Counted from the stretch's first letter, positions 10,622 through 20,360 are shown. The stretch: DNA of 64,000 nucleotides from Candidatus Latescibacterota bacterium (GCA_963667175.2 CAXXXF010000012.1:192001-256000), one strand, 5' to 3'. A program made the numbers and translations. Notes: generated by a model from the letters alone, not told the origin.

Positions 10622-11992
10622 TCAATACCTGTTCATCTCGGGATGTCCGACCGTATAGCGGGTACCTGCCAGGGGCACCTCCGCCATGGCGGAGGCTTCC
10701 ATGGTGAGCGCGGCAAGATCCTCCGGCTCCAGGGAATGAACGTCGGTCTTGCCGCAGGCCCTGGCGAACATCTGGCATTCGATCGCCAGGGTATGCAGGA
10801 AGTTATACACCCGCTCGGCCGCGTCATCCGGGTCCAGCCGGCTGCGCAGGTCCGGATCCTGGGTGGCCACGCCCACGGGGCAGAGTCCGGTATGGCAGTG
10901 ATAGCATTGCCCCGCCGGAACGCCTACCGTGCCTTCGTAATCCGCCTCGGGGATATCCTTGTTGCAATTCAGCGCCACCATCGCCGCCGTACCGATGGCC
11001 ACCGCGTCGGCGCCGAGCGCAAGCGCCTTGGCCACGTCGGCCCCGTTGCGAATCCCGCCCGCGTAGACGAGCGTAATCGCTCCGGTCTTGCCCACGTCGT
11101 CCAGCGCTTTTCTGGCCTGCCGGATGGCCGCGATCCCCGGCACGCCCGTCTCCTCGGTGGCCAGATGGGGCCCCGCCCCCGTCGAGCCCTCCATCCCGTC
11201 CATATAGATGCTGTCGGGCCCCGTCTTCGCTGCCATCCGCACGTCGTCGTAAACACGGGCCGCGCCGAGCTTCAATTGAATCGGCACCTGCCAATTGGTC
11301 GCCTCCCGGATCTCTTCGATCTTCAGGGCAAGATCGTCGGGGCCCAGCCAGTCCGGGTGCCTCGCCGGCGAACGCTGGTCGATCCCCGCGGGCAGCGAAC
11401 GCATTTCAGCCACCTGGTCGGTTACTTTCTGGCCCATCAGGTGGCCGCCGAGCCCCACCTTGCATCCCTGGCCGATAAAAAACTCCACGCCGTCGGCGAG
11501 GCGCATGTGGTGCGGGTTGAACCCGTAGCGGGACTGGATGCACTGGTAGAGCCACTTCTCGGAATACCGGCGCTCGTCGGGCAGCATGCCCCCTTCTCCC
11601 GAGCAGGTGGCGGTGCCCGCCATCGTGGCCCCTCTTGCCAGCGCCACTTTCGCCTCGTAGGATAACGCGCCGAAGCTCATGCCCGTAACGTAGACGGGAA
11701 TATCCAGCACGAGCGGCCGTTCGGCCCCGGGCCCGATCACCGTCCGGGTCTCACATTTCTCACGGTATCCCTCGATCACGAACCTTGTGAGCGTGCCGGG
11801 AAGAAACGTCAGGTCGTCCCACGATGGAATCTGCTTGAAAAGCGCCATGCCCCGCATTCGGTACCGCCCCAGATTCGCCTTGACGTGGATGTCGTCGATC
11901 ACGTGGGGCGGAAACATGAAATTCCTGCCCAGAACCTGGGGGTTCCGGTCATGCCGGCCATTTCCGGAAACGTCATTTCCGGGTGTATCCAT
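10622..11992 (-). CDS. mgsC: FMN-binding glutamate synthase-like protein (N-methylglutamate synthase subunit C / GlxD)
   Basis: GMSFGALS, CSGEGG, GQGCKVGLGGHL, GGIRNGADVAKALALGAD, CYHCHTGLCPVGVATQDP. Start moved to ATG 11992 (RBS AGGAG). Confidence 0.88.
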   Translation of the reverse strand: MDTPGNDVSGNGRHDRNPQVLGRNFMFPPHVIDDIHVKANLGRYRMRGMALFKQIPSWDDLTFLPGTLTRFVIEGYREKCETRTVIGPGAERPLVLDIPVYVTGMSFGALSYEAKVALARGATMAGTATCSGEGGMLPDERRYSEKWLYQCIQSRYGFNPHHMRLADGVEFFIGQGCKVGLGGHLMGQKVTDQVAEMRSLPAGIDQRSPARHPDWLGPDDLALKIEEIREATNWQVPIQLKLGAARVYDDVRMAAKTGPDSIYMDGMEGSTGAGPHLATEETGVPGIAAIRQARKALDDVGKTGAITLVYAGGIRNGADVAKALALGADAVAIGTAAMVALNCNKDIPEADYEGTVGVPAGQCYHCHTGLCPVGVATQDPDLRSRLDPDDAAERVYNFLHTLAIECQMFARACGKTDVHSLEPEDLAALTMEASAMAEVPLAGTRYTVGHPEMNRY

Positions 11993-12092
11993 AACCCGTT
12001 TCTCCTGGCGTCGGCCCGGAATGCTCGCGGTTCCGGGAGCGACGCGCGTTGAAGCGTTCGATTGTCTTTTTATGGAAGGGAGTAAACGGTAG

Positions 12093-12120
12093 ATAATACG
12101 GAAGGGTCGCGCGCTGTCAA
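12093..12120 (-). promoter_or_regulatory. Sigma-70-like promoter of the methylamine operon
   Basis: TTGACA-16 bp-TATTAT about 100 bp upstream of mgsC. Confidence 0.55.
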
Positions 12121-12179
12121 AGGAGGAAACGTCGTGGGGTTCAACGGGTTCAGCCCCACCCACAACGCTGACCTGAAGC

Positions 12180-12914
12180 TTAGCGGAGCGCTTTCAACGA
12201 TACGTACAACCCTCGACCCGGCGTCAATCCATCCTCGTGATACCGGGTGCGGAGACCTGCGTCCGAAAGGATCTCAAGGAACCGCGACCGGTCGAAGAGC
12301 GCCAGTTCGTGGGTGTCGCGGAAGTATCGTACGCCCTTTTTTGTGGATAGGAGAAAATGGAAATCGAGAACGGCCAGGTCTCCGCGGCGCCTGCTCACGC
12401 TGTGCCTGGAGATTCTGACACCCTCTCCTGCCATGGTGCCGCCGTGGATCGACCCGGGCAGAAACGTCTCGGTCGTGAAAAAGGGCTCGACGACAAGGAC
12501 GCCGCCCGGTTTCAGGTGTTTTTCGAAACACGCGATTGACCGTCTAAGATTCCGGTAGGTCCTGACGTAAGCGATCGAACTGAACAGGCAGACGACGGCG
12601 TCGAAGCGGCGCTTCAGGTCGAAGGAGGTCATGTCGCGACAGCGTAGAGGGATTCCGGGATTCTTTCTGCGCGCCACCTTCAACATTTCACGGTTCAAAT
12701 CCAGTCCGGTCACGTCGTAGCGTTCCCGCAGGAACCGGGTGTGTTCTCCGGTCCCGCACGCGACGTCCAGCAGGGAGCGGCCGGATGACGCGCGCCTTGC
12801 CCGGATCAGTTGATGTACTTGCTCCGACTCGGCCCGATAATCCTTCCACTGGTACATCACGTCGTAGAACGGCGCCAGGGCGGCCCACATTTTTTCGGTT
12901 TCTCTGGGCGCCAC
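12180..12914 (-). CDS. Class I SAM-dependent methyltransferase
   Basis: LLDVACGTG, GLDLN, DMTSFDL..FDAVVCLFSSIAY, HLKPGG; resembles the TylM1/DesVI-like family. Confidence 0.88.
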   Translation of the reverse strand: MAPRETEKMWAALAPFYDVMYQWKDYRAESEQVHQLIRARRASSGRSLLDVACGTGEHTRFLRERYDVTGLDLNREMLKVARRKNPGIPLRCRDMTSFDLKRRFDAVVCLFSSIAYVRTYRNLRRSIACFEKHLKPGGVLVVEPFFTTETFLPGSIHGGTMAGEGVRISRHSVSRRRGDLAVLDFHFLLSTKKGVRYFRDTHELALFDRSRFLEILSDAGLRTRYHEDGLTPGRGLYVSLKALR

Positions 12915-12942
12915 TGCAACCTCCTAACCATACCGACAGCCG

Positions 12943-13917
12943 CTAGCGAGCGAAAAAGTGATACGTGGCGCCCACGTGGAGCTGGTAGTCGGACGTCAGC
13001 TGGCTCTCGTTTACGTTCTGATAGACCGGTAGCGGCAGCCGGGCCTCCAGGCTCAGATTCTCCGTTGCCCGTATGCCCAGCTTTGGTGCGAGATACAGCC
13101 AGGCGCCGCCGCGTTTTCGGGCGATCTTTCCATATTGGAAGTAATCGCGCGACGTGTAGACGTGGTTCAGGCTGAGACCCGTGATAAGCATGTCCCCGTG
13201 CATGTAATCCATCGAGAAGATGCCCTGAAACTCGTTTCCGTATTTGTAGCCGTATACATTCTCGCGGGAAATAATGCGGGTGAACAGCATACCGTTGAAG
13301 AACAGGTTGTCGAATGCATGCGACAGACTGACCGAGAAAATCGGGTCCATGCTTCCGGACCCCACCTGCAGCAGGTCGGCGAAGCGCTCGCCGTATTCGT
13401 CGACCGCGTGGGTCGACCCGTTCGCGAGCTTGACGCCGGCGGAAAAGAGCAGGCCCGGCAATGATTCCGGCAGAGGAGGAGCAAAGTTCAACATCAGAAC
13501 GACGTCGCCGAGTCCCGCGGCATGCCGGATATATTTGCCGCCCTCATACTGGTTGTCGTACTGACCGGGAAGGAGGATTTTGTCGTTGGTTATGGAACGA
13601 AACGGGAGAACCACGGCGGCGCCGAACCAATCCTTGACCCCGTAACTGGCGAATACGGACACGGTGGACATGCTGGTCACTTCCTGGTTGATGTTGGGGA
13701 TCGGCCCGGTACCGTACATCGCATCGCCCAGGTACTCATACTCGTAATTCACGCTCAGTACCAGCAGGTCCCTGGTGATCAGACTGCCCTGCAGCATTCT
13801 CCCGCCCGGGAGCACGGGACGGCGTCAACTCACGCCGGGCTGCGCCTGAACGGACCGGCCTGCGAAAATCAGCTGGGCGAACAGAATCAACGGCAGCACC
13901 TGCAACGTACGTTTCAT
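12943..13917 (-). CDS. Outer-membrane beta-barrel protein with an in-frame TGA at codon 31 (candidate selenocysteine)
   Basis: ATG 13917 overlaps the upstream stop (ATGA). Signal peptide MKRTLQVLPLILFAQLIFAGRSVQA, TGA at 13825-13827, same frame as ORF 12943-13815. GLGD..L, LQVGSGS.D and a C-terminal aromatic strand (ATYHF). Confidence 0.7.
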
Positions 13918-14429
13918 GTTCCTGACTCCTCCGGGACTGAACGCTTCAGTGACTTATCCAGGATCTTTCGGTATTTCCGAAAAGATCCGTAACCCGAAAA
14001 AACGACCTCTCCCCGGGCGTTGACGATGACAACCGTGGGCGTCAAGCGGGTCTCGAAGGCTTCGAACACCCGACCATCCGAATCGATATAGCTGAGCAGC
14101 GATTCCTTCTTGTCGGCGAAGTAGGTCTGTATTTCCTCCGCGCTGTTCTTCCACGCGATGCCGAAGACCTGCACCCTGTTTCCGTATTTCTTCCTCAGCT
14201 TGTAGACGCGCTTCAACTCCCTCTTGCATGTCTTGCACCAGGTTGCCCACAGATAGACGAAGGACGTCCTGCCTTCGCAGACGTCGGCCAGACTCAGCGT
14301 ATCTCCTTCGAGCGTGACGACCTGCACCAGAGGCAGTGGATCGGGTCTGTCGTCCGCGGCGGCGGTATCAACAAAAAAAACGAACAGACCCGCAGTCAGC
14401 ACGACACCCATGATCCGGAGCAACTGCAT
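13914..14429 (-). CDS. Exported TlpA/ResA-like thiol-disulfide oxidoreductase
   Basis: Signal peptide, WATWCKTC, cis-Pro TPT. The ORF-track N-terminal extension is MITE-derived. Confidence 0.88.
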   Translation of the reverse strand: MQLLRIMGVVLTAGLFVFFVDTAAADDRPDPLPLVQVVTLEGDTLSLADVCEGRTSFVYLWATWCKTCKRELKRVYKLRKKYGNRVQVFGIAWKNSAEEIQTYFADKKESLLSYIDSDGRVFEAFETRLTPTVVIVNARGEVVFSGYGSFRKYRKILDKSLKRSVPEESGT

Positions 14430-14507
14430 TCCACCCACAATCGAACCCTCAGCAAACGGCATCCGATCCCAGATCCCCTGTCTCCAGCCGAACGGCCGAA
14501 GGGTTAT

Positions 14508-14714
14508 CAGCCCGTTGAAAAAGTCCATCCGGTCTGCCTGCCTGTGCGTTCGCACGCAGACAGGCGTCCGGCCCTTGTGGCCGAAATACGGCGTTGCCTG
14601 CCTGCAGCAGGCAGGCGCTCCCTCCCCGAATCCAGGGATTCGCGTCGGTCGCGCGCCTTGTCTTCGGCCACAATGCCTCGGCCTCGCCTGCAGAGCGACT
14701 TTTTCAACGGACTG
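14508..14714 (-). mobile_element. MITE copy 1 (~207 bp)
   Basis: Terminal inverted repeats CAG(C/T)CCGTTGAAAAAGTC; homologous to 38956-39164 and 47620-47812; no transposase. Confidence 0.85.
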
Positions 14715-15908
14715 TTATCTCCTGGCGACGTGCTTGTACACCACGCGGATGCGATGGTTAAACGTATCGGCAATGTACAGATTCTCGTCCTGATCGAGCG
14801 CGACTCCGAACGGACTCCGGAGTTTGCCCCACCGGGGATGGTCGCTGTCGCCCTTGAAACCCGGCTCTCCGCACCTGCCGGCAAGCGTGCTAATGGTCCC
14901 CTCCGTATCCACCTTGCGGATACAGTGGTTGCCGGTATCGGCAATGTACAGATTTCCCTCCGCGTCGACGACCACGTCGCCGGGGCGGGAAAGGCTGGCC
15001 TGGACCGCCGGGCCGCCGTCTCCTGAATACGTGCCGGCGGTGGGGCCGATGCTGCCGCCGCCGGCCACCGTACTGATCCTGCCCGTGGCGTCCACCATGC
15101 GGATGCGGTTGTTGAACGTATCGGCGATATACAGGTTGCCCCTGCCATCCATCGCAATCCGGCCCGCCGGCTGCGCGGCGTCTCCCGTGGGCGCATAGAG
15201 GTCGGCCAGGACAGCCGGACCGCCGTCCCCGGAAAACCCCTCCCGTCCGGTGCCCGCGACGGTGGAGATCACACCGTCAAGGTCCACCATTCGTATGCGA
15301 AGGTTGCCCTGATCCGAGATATACATGCGACCGGCTGGATCGAAACCCGTGGAACTCGGCAGGTTCAGCGAGGCCTCGAGAGCGGGGCCGCCGTCACCCC
15401 CGAATCCGCGGTCGCCACGTCCGGCAATGGGTTCGACGCGACCGGAGGTCGAGTCGTATCTCAGGATCGTGGCGTTCTGCCAGGCCGACACAATCAGCCG
15501 TCCCTGGAGATCGAAGGAAATATGGGTCGGGTGATCGACGCCCGTCTCCAGCGCGGGGCCCGCGAGCGGATGGCCCGGTTCGCCGTTGCCAATGAGCGGT
15601 CGGACGATTCCGTTGTCGATCACGACAACCCGATTGTTGTTCCAGTCCAGAATGTACGTCCGGTCGTCGGGGCCGACGGCCACGTCCTGGGGGAAATACA
15701 GGTTCGTGTCAAGAGGACCCGATCCCGCGGCGCTTCTGCCCGGGTCTCCGGTGCCGGCGAGGGTGATCATGATCCCGTAGGGCAACCCCGGGTACTCTTC
15801 GTACAAATCGTCGTCCACGGTGGGAGGCGTCTTTCCGCAAGCCGCCACGGCCGCGGAAGCCCCGACCACGAACGCGAGCCGAACCCACACCTGTTTCAGT
15901 AATTTCAT
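14715..15908 (-). CDS. NHL-repeat beta-propeller lipoprotein
   Basis: Repeated GDGGPA..A.L..P..V..D..GNLYIADT.N.RIR; lipobox VAAC; start moved to ATG 15908. Confidence 0.88.
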   Translation of the reverse strand: MKLLKQVWVRLAFVVGASAAVAACGKTPPTVDDDLYEEYPGLPYGIMITLAGTGDPGRSAAGSGPLDTNLYFPQDVAVGPDDRTYILDWNNNRVVVIDNGIVRPLIGNGEPGHPLAGPALETGVDHPTHISFDLQGRLIVSAWQNATILRYDSTSGRVEPIAGRGDRGFGGDGGPALEASLNLPSSTGFDPAGRMYISDQGNLRIRMVDLDGVISTVAGTGREGFSGDGGPAVLADLYAPTGDAAQPAGRIAMDGRGNLYIADTFNNRIRMVDATGRISTVAGGGSIGPTAGTYSGDGGPAVQASLSRPGDVVVDAEGNLYIADTGNHCIRKVDTEGTISTLAGRCGEPGFKGDSDHPRWGKLRSPFGVALDQDENLYIADTFNHRIRVVYKHVARR

Positions 15909-16043
15909 CTCTGTAAAAATAGGAACAAGCGAGCCGCGATTCAACCCCGAAATCGGTTCGGTTGCCTGAATCGCGCGCATTGAGCCCTGTACGCCGGTCC
16001 CACCGGCGAACCGCGACCTGAACGCCATAACGGCCGGGGACCG

Positions 16044-16928
16044 TCAAACCCCGGCAAACGCCCGATAGTGTGCCAGAGGCTGGGACATGCCTTCATCGAG
16101 CTCCGTCAATACCAGTCGCATCCGGACCGTGCGTCGGCTGCCGGGTACCAGGTCGTCGCCGAACAGCGAAAAATCGAACGCGCTGTAATCCGTCATGCGG
16201 TCGGCTTCGTCCTCCACGTGGTACCGAGTACTAATGGCATAACAGTCCGCTTCCGTGGACATCAGCACCACGCCCAGCCGGTTCGCGGTGTCCGTCAGGA
16301 AGGAGAACGGATACCCGTAGTACCGCACCGGACACATCTGCACGGTGGGCGAGTTGCCCTCGCTGCGGTTCCACCGCCCGTCCACGCAGCGCCGGGCGGC
16401 GTGCGGGTCCCGAGGAAACACGACGACGGCGCCGCGAAAGACGTCGTTGACCATGGGAACGACAAGCTCCGGGGCCGTGCTCGCCCTGCCGTACCGGCTT
16501 CCGTGGAGATAGACGTGCGGCCGCAGTGTCTTGTGAAAATAGTTGGAAAGGAAGAGCTCATATCCCGCATAGGTACCTTCGCAACTCACCGTCACCGTCA
16601 GGTCGATCCCGTTGGGCTCGATCACCTCGTACCGTGCGGTCAGCGCTCCCTGGTGCGTTTCGGTTACGGGCCAATGCACGTCAACGGTGTTGTTGCCGGC
16701 TTCGGTCGTGCGTTCCATCAGGCGCGGCTGGTCCAGGCCCTGGTGAACCGCGAACAGCCGGAACAGGTTCAATGCCGAATAATCTGGATGAATCACCTGT
16801 CTGCCGGTGATCTTGTCGGTGAGCGTCCACACGCCGTGATAGTCGCCCGACGCGCGAATCTCGCCGGACATCGCTTCCGTCTCGAACCGATAGGTGTCGG
16901 TAGCCGGGAGATATACGAGCTCGGCCAT
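16044..16928 (-). CDS. Hypothetical protein
   Basis: 294 aa, RBS GAGGAGG, natural composition, co-directional with neighbours. Confidence 0.7.
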   Translation of the reverse strand: MAELVYLPATDTYRFETEAMSGEIRASGDYHGVWTLTDKITGRQVIHPDYSALNLFRLFAVHQGLDQPRLMERTTEAGNNTVDVHWPVTETHQGALTARYEVIEPNGIDLTVTVSCEGTYAGYELFLSNYFHKTLRPHVYLHGSRYGRASTAPELVVPMVNDVFRGAVVVFPRDPHAARRCVDGRWNRSEGNSPTVQMCPVRYYGYPFSFLTDTANRLGVVLMSTEADCYAISTRYHVEDEADRMTDYSAFDFSLFGDDLVPGSRRTVRMRLVLTELDEGMSQPLAHYRAFAGV

Positions 16929-16951
16929 TTTCGGTCCTCCTCGGTACGCCG

Positions 16952-18400
16952 CTATTCAGCTGCGAGCTCTTCGATTCGTTCCGCCATGGCCTCGGTCAGG
17001 ATTTCGAGGCAACCCGGCGCCAGACTCGACGGCTCCTCCTGGTACAGTCCCTTGCCGTACGCCTCTCTCCGCAGAAGATAGGCGACCTGCACGTTGCCCG
17101 CGAGCGGGGAAACCAGAATCGCGAACCCGGGAAACCGCCGGCGCAACACGACCTGAAGATCGCTGTAGGGTTCCCCGCCGCAGGTCACCCAGATTGCGTC
17201 TCCCATTCGGTAAACCGAAAATCCATAGGGATATGACTCGCCCGGCGGCAGGTTCGCGATCCGCGCGAGCCAGCGCCTGGCCCGTTCGGCCCGGGCGCCG
17301 CAGGACCGGGCTTTCAGGGCATCCCCCTCCGCGTCAGCGGCCCGTTGAGCCTCGGACCACCGCGCCACGTCTTCCCGGAGCGTTTCCCGGTCGGGCCGTT
17401 CCACCATCGGCAGATCCACGGAATAGACGCCCCCGGCGACAAGAGAAGCTCCGCGTAAACGCTCCCGGCCGAATGCCGAATGCGCCCACGTGCCCAGCGT
17501 GGCGCCCGAGATCACGGGCCCCCGGTATTCGAAGTCCATACCCGGCGGGCCCATCGACGTCAGGACGGACAGCGCCGCAAACCCGAGTTGCCTGCCGTTC
17601 TTGTCGGCCGCCGCGAGATCTCCGACAAACCCGTCTTTCGGTCCCAGGTCTCCACAGGGCGCCAGCGCGAACGTGCATGGCGCCCCGGTCGCCCTCTCGA
17701 CTTCCTCCCGCATGGCGCCCACGTAGTCCGGGCTGATGAGGGTGTTTTTCCAGGCCAGCGTGGTCGGGTGGCATCCGTAATTGACAATCGTCGCGACGGT
17801 CGCGCCGTCCACGTCGCACATCCGTCCCACCAGCAGCGAATCGTCACACTCGCCGTCCGGATTGTACCCGCACACGTACCCGCCGAACGCGTCATCCCGG
17901 TAATCCCGGTCCGCCGCCATGCTGCAACGCCCGTCCGCGTAGGTGACCAGCACCTCCCGCATCCCCGCCACCGCGCTCGTACAGGCCTGCGCGAGCTTCT
18001 CTCCGACGTCCTTCAGAAACGGTTGTATCAGTTCGCCTCCCGGCATGCCGAACCGATCCGGTGCGTACCATCCCGAGGCATGGGTGTGCGAAAACGTCAC
18101 GTCTGCCCGATCCGGCCCGACCCCCGCGGCGTCGCAGAGGGCCTTCACGAGCGCCGCGTACTGTTGAGCGACCAGACCGACCAGGTCCAGGTGCGCCCGA
18201 ACCAGCGCAACTTTCCCCGGCGAGTCGACCGACGCGAACGCGAGCACGTCGGCCAGAATCGGGCGGTGAACCCCCGTTGCCCTGTCGTGCCGGGCGGCGC
18301 CCCACATCCGATGGTAGATCCCCACCGGCGGCGTTATATCCACTCTCGCAAAGCCAAAGCGCACGCGGGAGGTCGGCGCGCGTTCCGTTCTTCGAACCAT
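16952..18400 (-). CDS. Neutral/alkaline ceramidase-like amidohydrolase
   Basis: ARVDITPPVG, SHTHAS, NYGCHPT, ISPDYVG, GEPY. Confidence 0.75.
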   Translation of the reverse strand: MVRRTERAPTSRVRFGFARVDITPPVGIYHRMWGAARHDRATGVHRPILADVLAFASVDSPGKVALVRAHLDLVGLVAQQYAALVKALCDAAGVGPDRADVTFSHTHASGWYAPDRFGMPGGELIQPFLKDVGEKLAQACTSAVAGMREVLVTYADGRCSMAADRDYRDDAFGGYVCGYNPDGECDDSLLVGRMCDVDGATVATIVNYGCHPTTLAWKNTLISPDYVGAMREEVERATGAPCTFALAPCGDLGPKDGFVGDLAAADKNGRQLGFAALSVLTSMGPPGMDFEYRGPVISGATLGTWAHSAFGRERLRGASLVAGGVYSVDLPMVERPDRETLREDVARWSEAQRAADAEGDALKARSCGARAERARRWLARIANLPPGESYPYGFSVYRMGDAIWVTCGGEPYSDLQVVLRRRFPGFAILVSPLAGNVQVAYLLRREAYGKGLYQEEPSSLAPGCLEILTEAMAERIEELAAE

Positions 18401-18495
18401 CCGGACCCTCTCTCAGCATTCAATGACGCAGCCGCGCGCACGCAAGTGCGCGCGTTCGGGAGCTTCGCCGCTCTCATCGCCGCCGGCTTCGGGTT

Positions 18496-19218
18496 CTACC
18501 GCAACTGGTACGCGATCGCGTAGGCCGTCTTGTGCTCGCCCGACCGGTTCACTTCCGAACGATGCCAGGTATAATTGGAGAAAAACGCCGCGTCGCCGGG
18601 CCGCATCGGCAGCACCACTTCACGGGACAGGTCGACGCCCTCTGTGGGAATCCGCCACCGGGTGAACGCTTCTCCGGACCGCGCGGCGTAGTAATTGGGC
18701 TCATCGTAATAGCGCTCGTGGTCAGTCAGCGTCCAGTCCGCGTGGGATCCGGGCAGGATGCCCAGCGCGCTGGCGTCGACCCCCACCTCATCCAGCGCGA
18801 TCCATGCATTGCACCCTCGATTCGGCTCGATTTTCCAGTAATAGGAGTCCTGGTGATAGAACGACTGCCCGTCGATCGCGCGGTTCTTGATGAGCGCCTG
18901 ATCCGTAAATCGTTTCACCGGCCCACCCAGCAACTGCGACATCGCCCCCCTCAGATTGGCGTGGTCCGCAACCTCCCGGAAGACGGCCTCCTGCCTGGCG
19001 GGTCTTTGTACGCCGATCGGCACGTATCCACCCTTTTCGTTGCGGTACTTCGCGGGGTCCAGGACCTGAAAGTGCAGGTCCGGCCAGTCGTGCTCCCCCT
19101 CAAGTACTTCCATGAGCCGCTTTCGCGCCGCGGCCGCCTCGGCGGTCGAAATCAGCCCTTCCACCGTTGTGTATCCATCCTGCCGGTACTGCCGCAGTTT
19201 CGCCTCATCCAGCTCCAT
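18496..19218 (-). CDS. Phytanoyl-CoA dioxygenase (PhyH) family Fe/2OG enzyme
   Basis: YRQDGY, HQD, WIALD, LPGSH, GDAAFF...HRS. Confidence 0.9.
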   Translation of the reverse strand: MELDEAKLRQYRQDGYTTVEGLISTAEAAAARKRLMEVLEGEHDWPDLHFQVLDPAKYRNEKGGYVPIGVQRPARQEAVFREVADHANLRGAMSQLLGGPVKRFTDQALIKNRAIDGQSFYHQDSYYWKIEPNRGCNAWIALDEVGVDASALGILPGSHADWTLTDHERYYDEPNYYAARSGEAFTRWRIPTEGVDLSREVVLPMRPGDAAFFSNYTWHRSEVNRSGEHKTAYAIAYQLR

Positions 19219-19306
19219 GGGTAATTCTCCCGATTCTCCCGTTCTGACGATGAGCTCCAAGGATCCTGACGACACCGGAAGCCGACCTGTCGAATCCGCA
19301 TCGGAA

Positions 19307-20305
19307 TCAACCGGCTACGAGCCTTCCCACCGCGTAACCCATCCCCGTGGCGCCAAACCCGTTTCCGGTATACCAGCATCGGTATTCATCGCCGTGTTTT
19401 ACGACACTCACGTAGCACCGCTGCTTATCATCGAACGCGCCCGGCTTTCCCACGCCGAGTTCCCCGTCGGGCCCGCTGTGGCGCCAGGACCAGGTCAGGC
19501 CGTCACGTCCGACCAGACTCCTTATCCGATAGGCCGTGCCGAACGTATTCACCCACATCCGGTAGCCTCCGCCGTCCCCTAAGATGAAGGGCTTCGAACA
19601 GATATACTCATAGAGTTCGGTGTCGAAGCCCCGTGGTCCGACCATCAGACCATCTGTGGGTTTGGTCCACACCATTCCGTCCGGCGACGCCGCGTATGCA
19701 ACGCCGATGCGTGGAATCACGTCTCCGTGGCCCGTGACCGCGCCTTCGGGACGGTTGAAATAGGCCCCGATAGACGTATAATACATATGGTACCGGTCAT
19801 CGATCCGCAAGACACATACACTTCCGGTTCCCTCCCGGTCCCAGTCCCGATCCAGCGGCAGAATCGGTACCCTTTTCGGGTAAGAGAACTTGTATCCGCC
19901 GTCGTCGCTGACTGCCACGCCAGTGGTATTGGGCAATTTGCCGTCCTGCCTGGGTTTCCCCCAACCGCAAAAGTACAGGAGCCATGGGCCGTCGTCCCGC
20001 GGAACCACAAACGGAAACCCAGGACCCTGGTCGTTATAGTCCGTGTCCCGCTGCCGGCTGAGCGCGACGCCCGCGGGCTGCCATTCGTTGGGCGCATCCA
20101 CCGTGCTCTCGGCAATCAGTATGCGATGAAACCCGTTCACACCGGTACCCCAGTAATACATCCGGTACCGGTCTCCGACCTGCACGACGTGCGCGGCGCC
20201 GGCGCGCCGGCTGTCCATATCCGCGTGCAACTGTCCCGGCGCGATGACCGGATGATCGCCGCTGCATCTCCAGGCGATGCGTTCTGGCTGCAGGTTCCGT
20301 TCCAA
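19307..20305 (-). CDS. Five-bladed beta-propeller glycoside hydrolase-like protein
   Basis: Repeated blades YRMYY.G / AxSxDG..W / G.FD. Confidence 0.7.
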   Translation of the reverse strand: MERNLQPERIAWRCSGDHPVIAPGQLHADMDSRRAGAAHVVQVGDRYRMYYWGTGVNGFHRILIAESTVDAPNEWQPAGVALSRQRDTDYNDQGPGFPFVVPRDDGPWLLYFCGWGKPRQDGKLPNTTGVAVSDDGGYKFSYPKRVPILPLDRDWDREGTGSVCVLRIDDRYHMYYTSIGAYFNRPEGAVTGHGDVIPRIGVAYAASPDGMVWTKPTDGLMVGPRGFDTELYEYICSKPFILGDGGGYRMWVNTFGTAYRIRSLVGRDGLTWSWRHSGPDGELGVGKPGAFDDKQRCYVSVVKHGDEYRCWYTGNGFGATGMGYAVGRLVAG

Positions 20306-20360
20306 GGATCCCCTCCGCGTCTGAATAACCGGGTATGGACGGACGAGCGTCCGCAGGCCG

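Noticed and set aside
14715-15908. Repeated DNA motifs resembling a repeat array or CRISPR
   Set aside because: They are coding NHL repeats; no constant repeat-spacer pattern and no cas genes.
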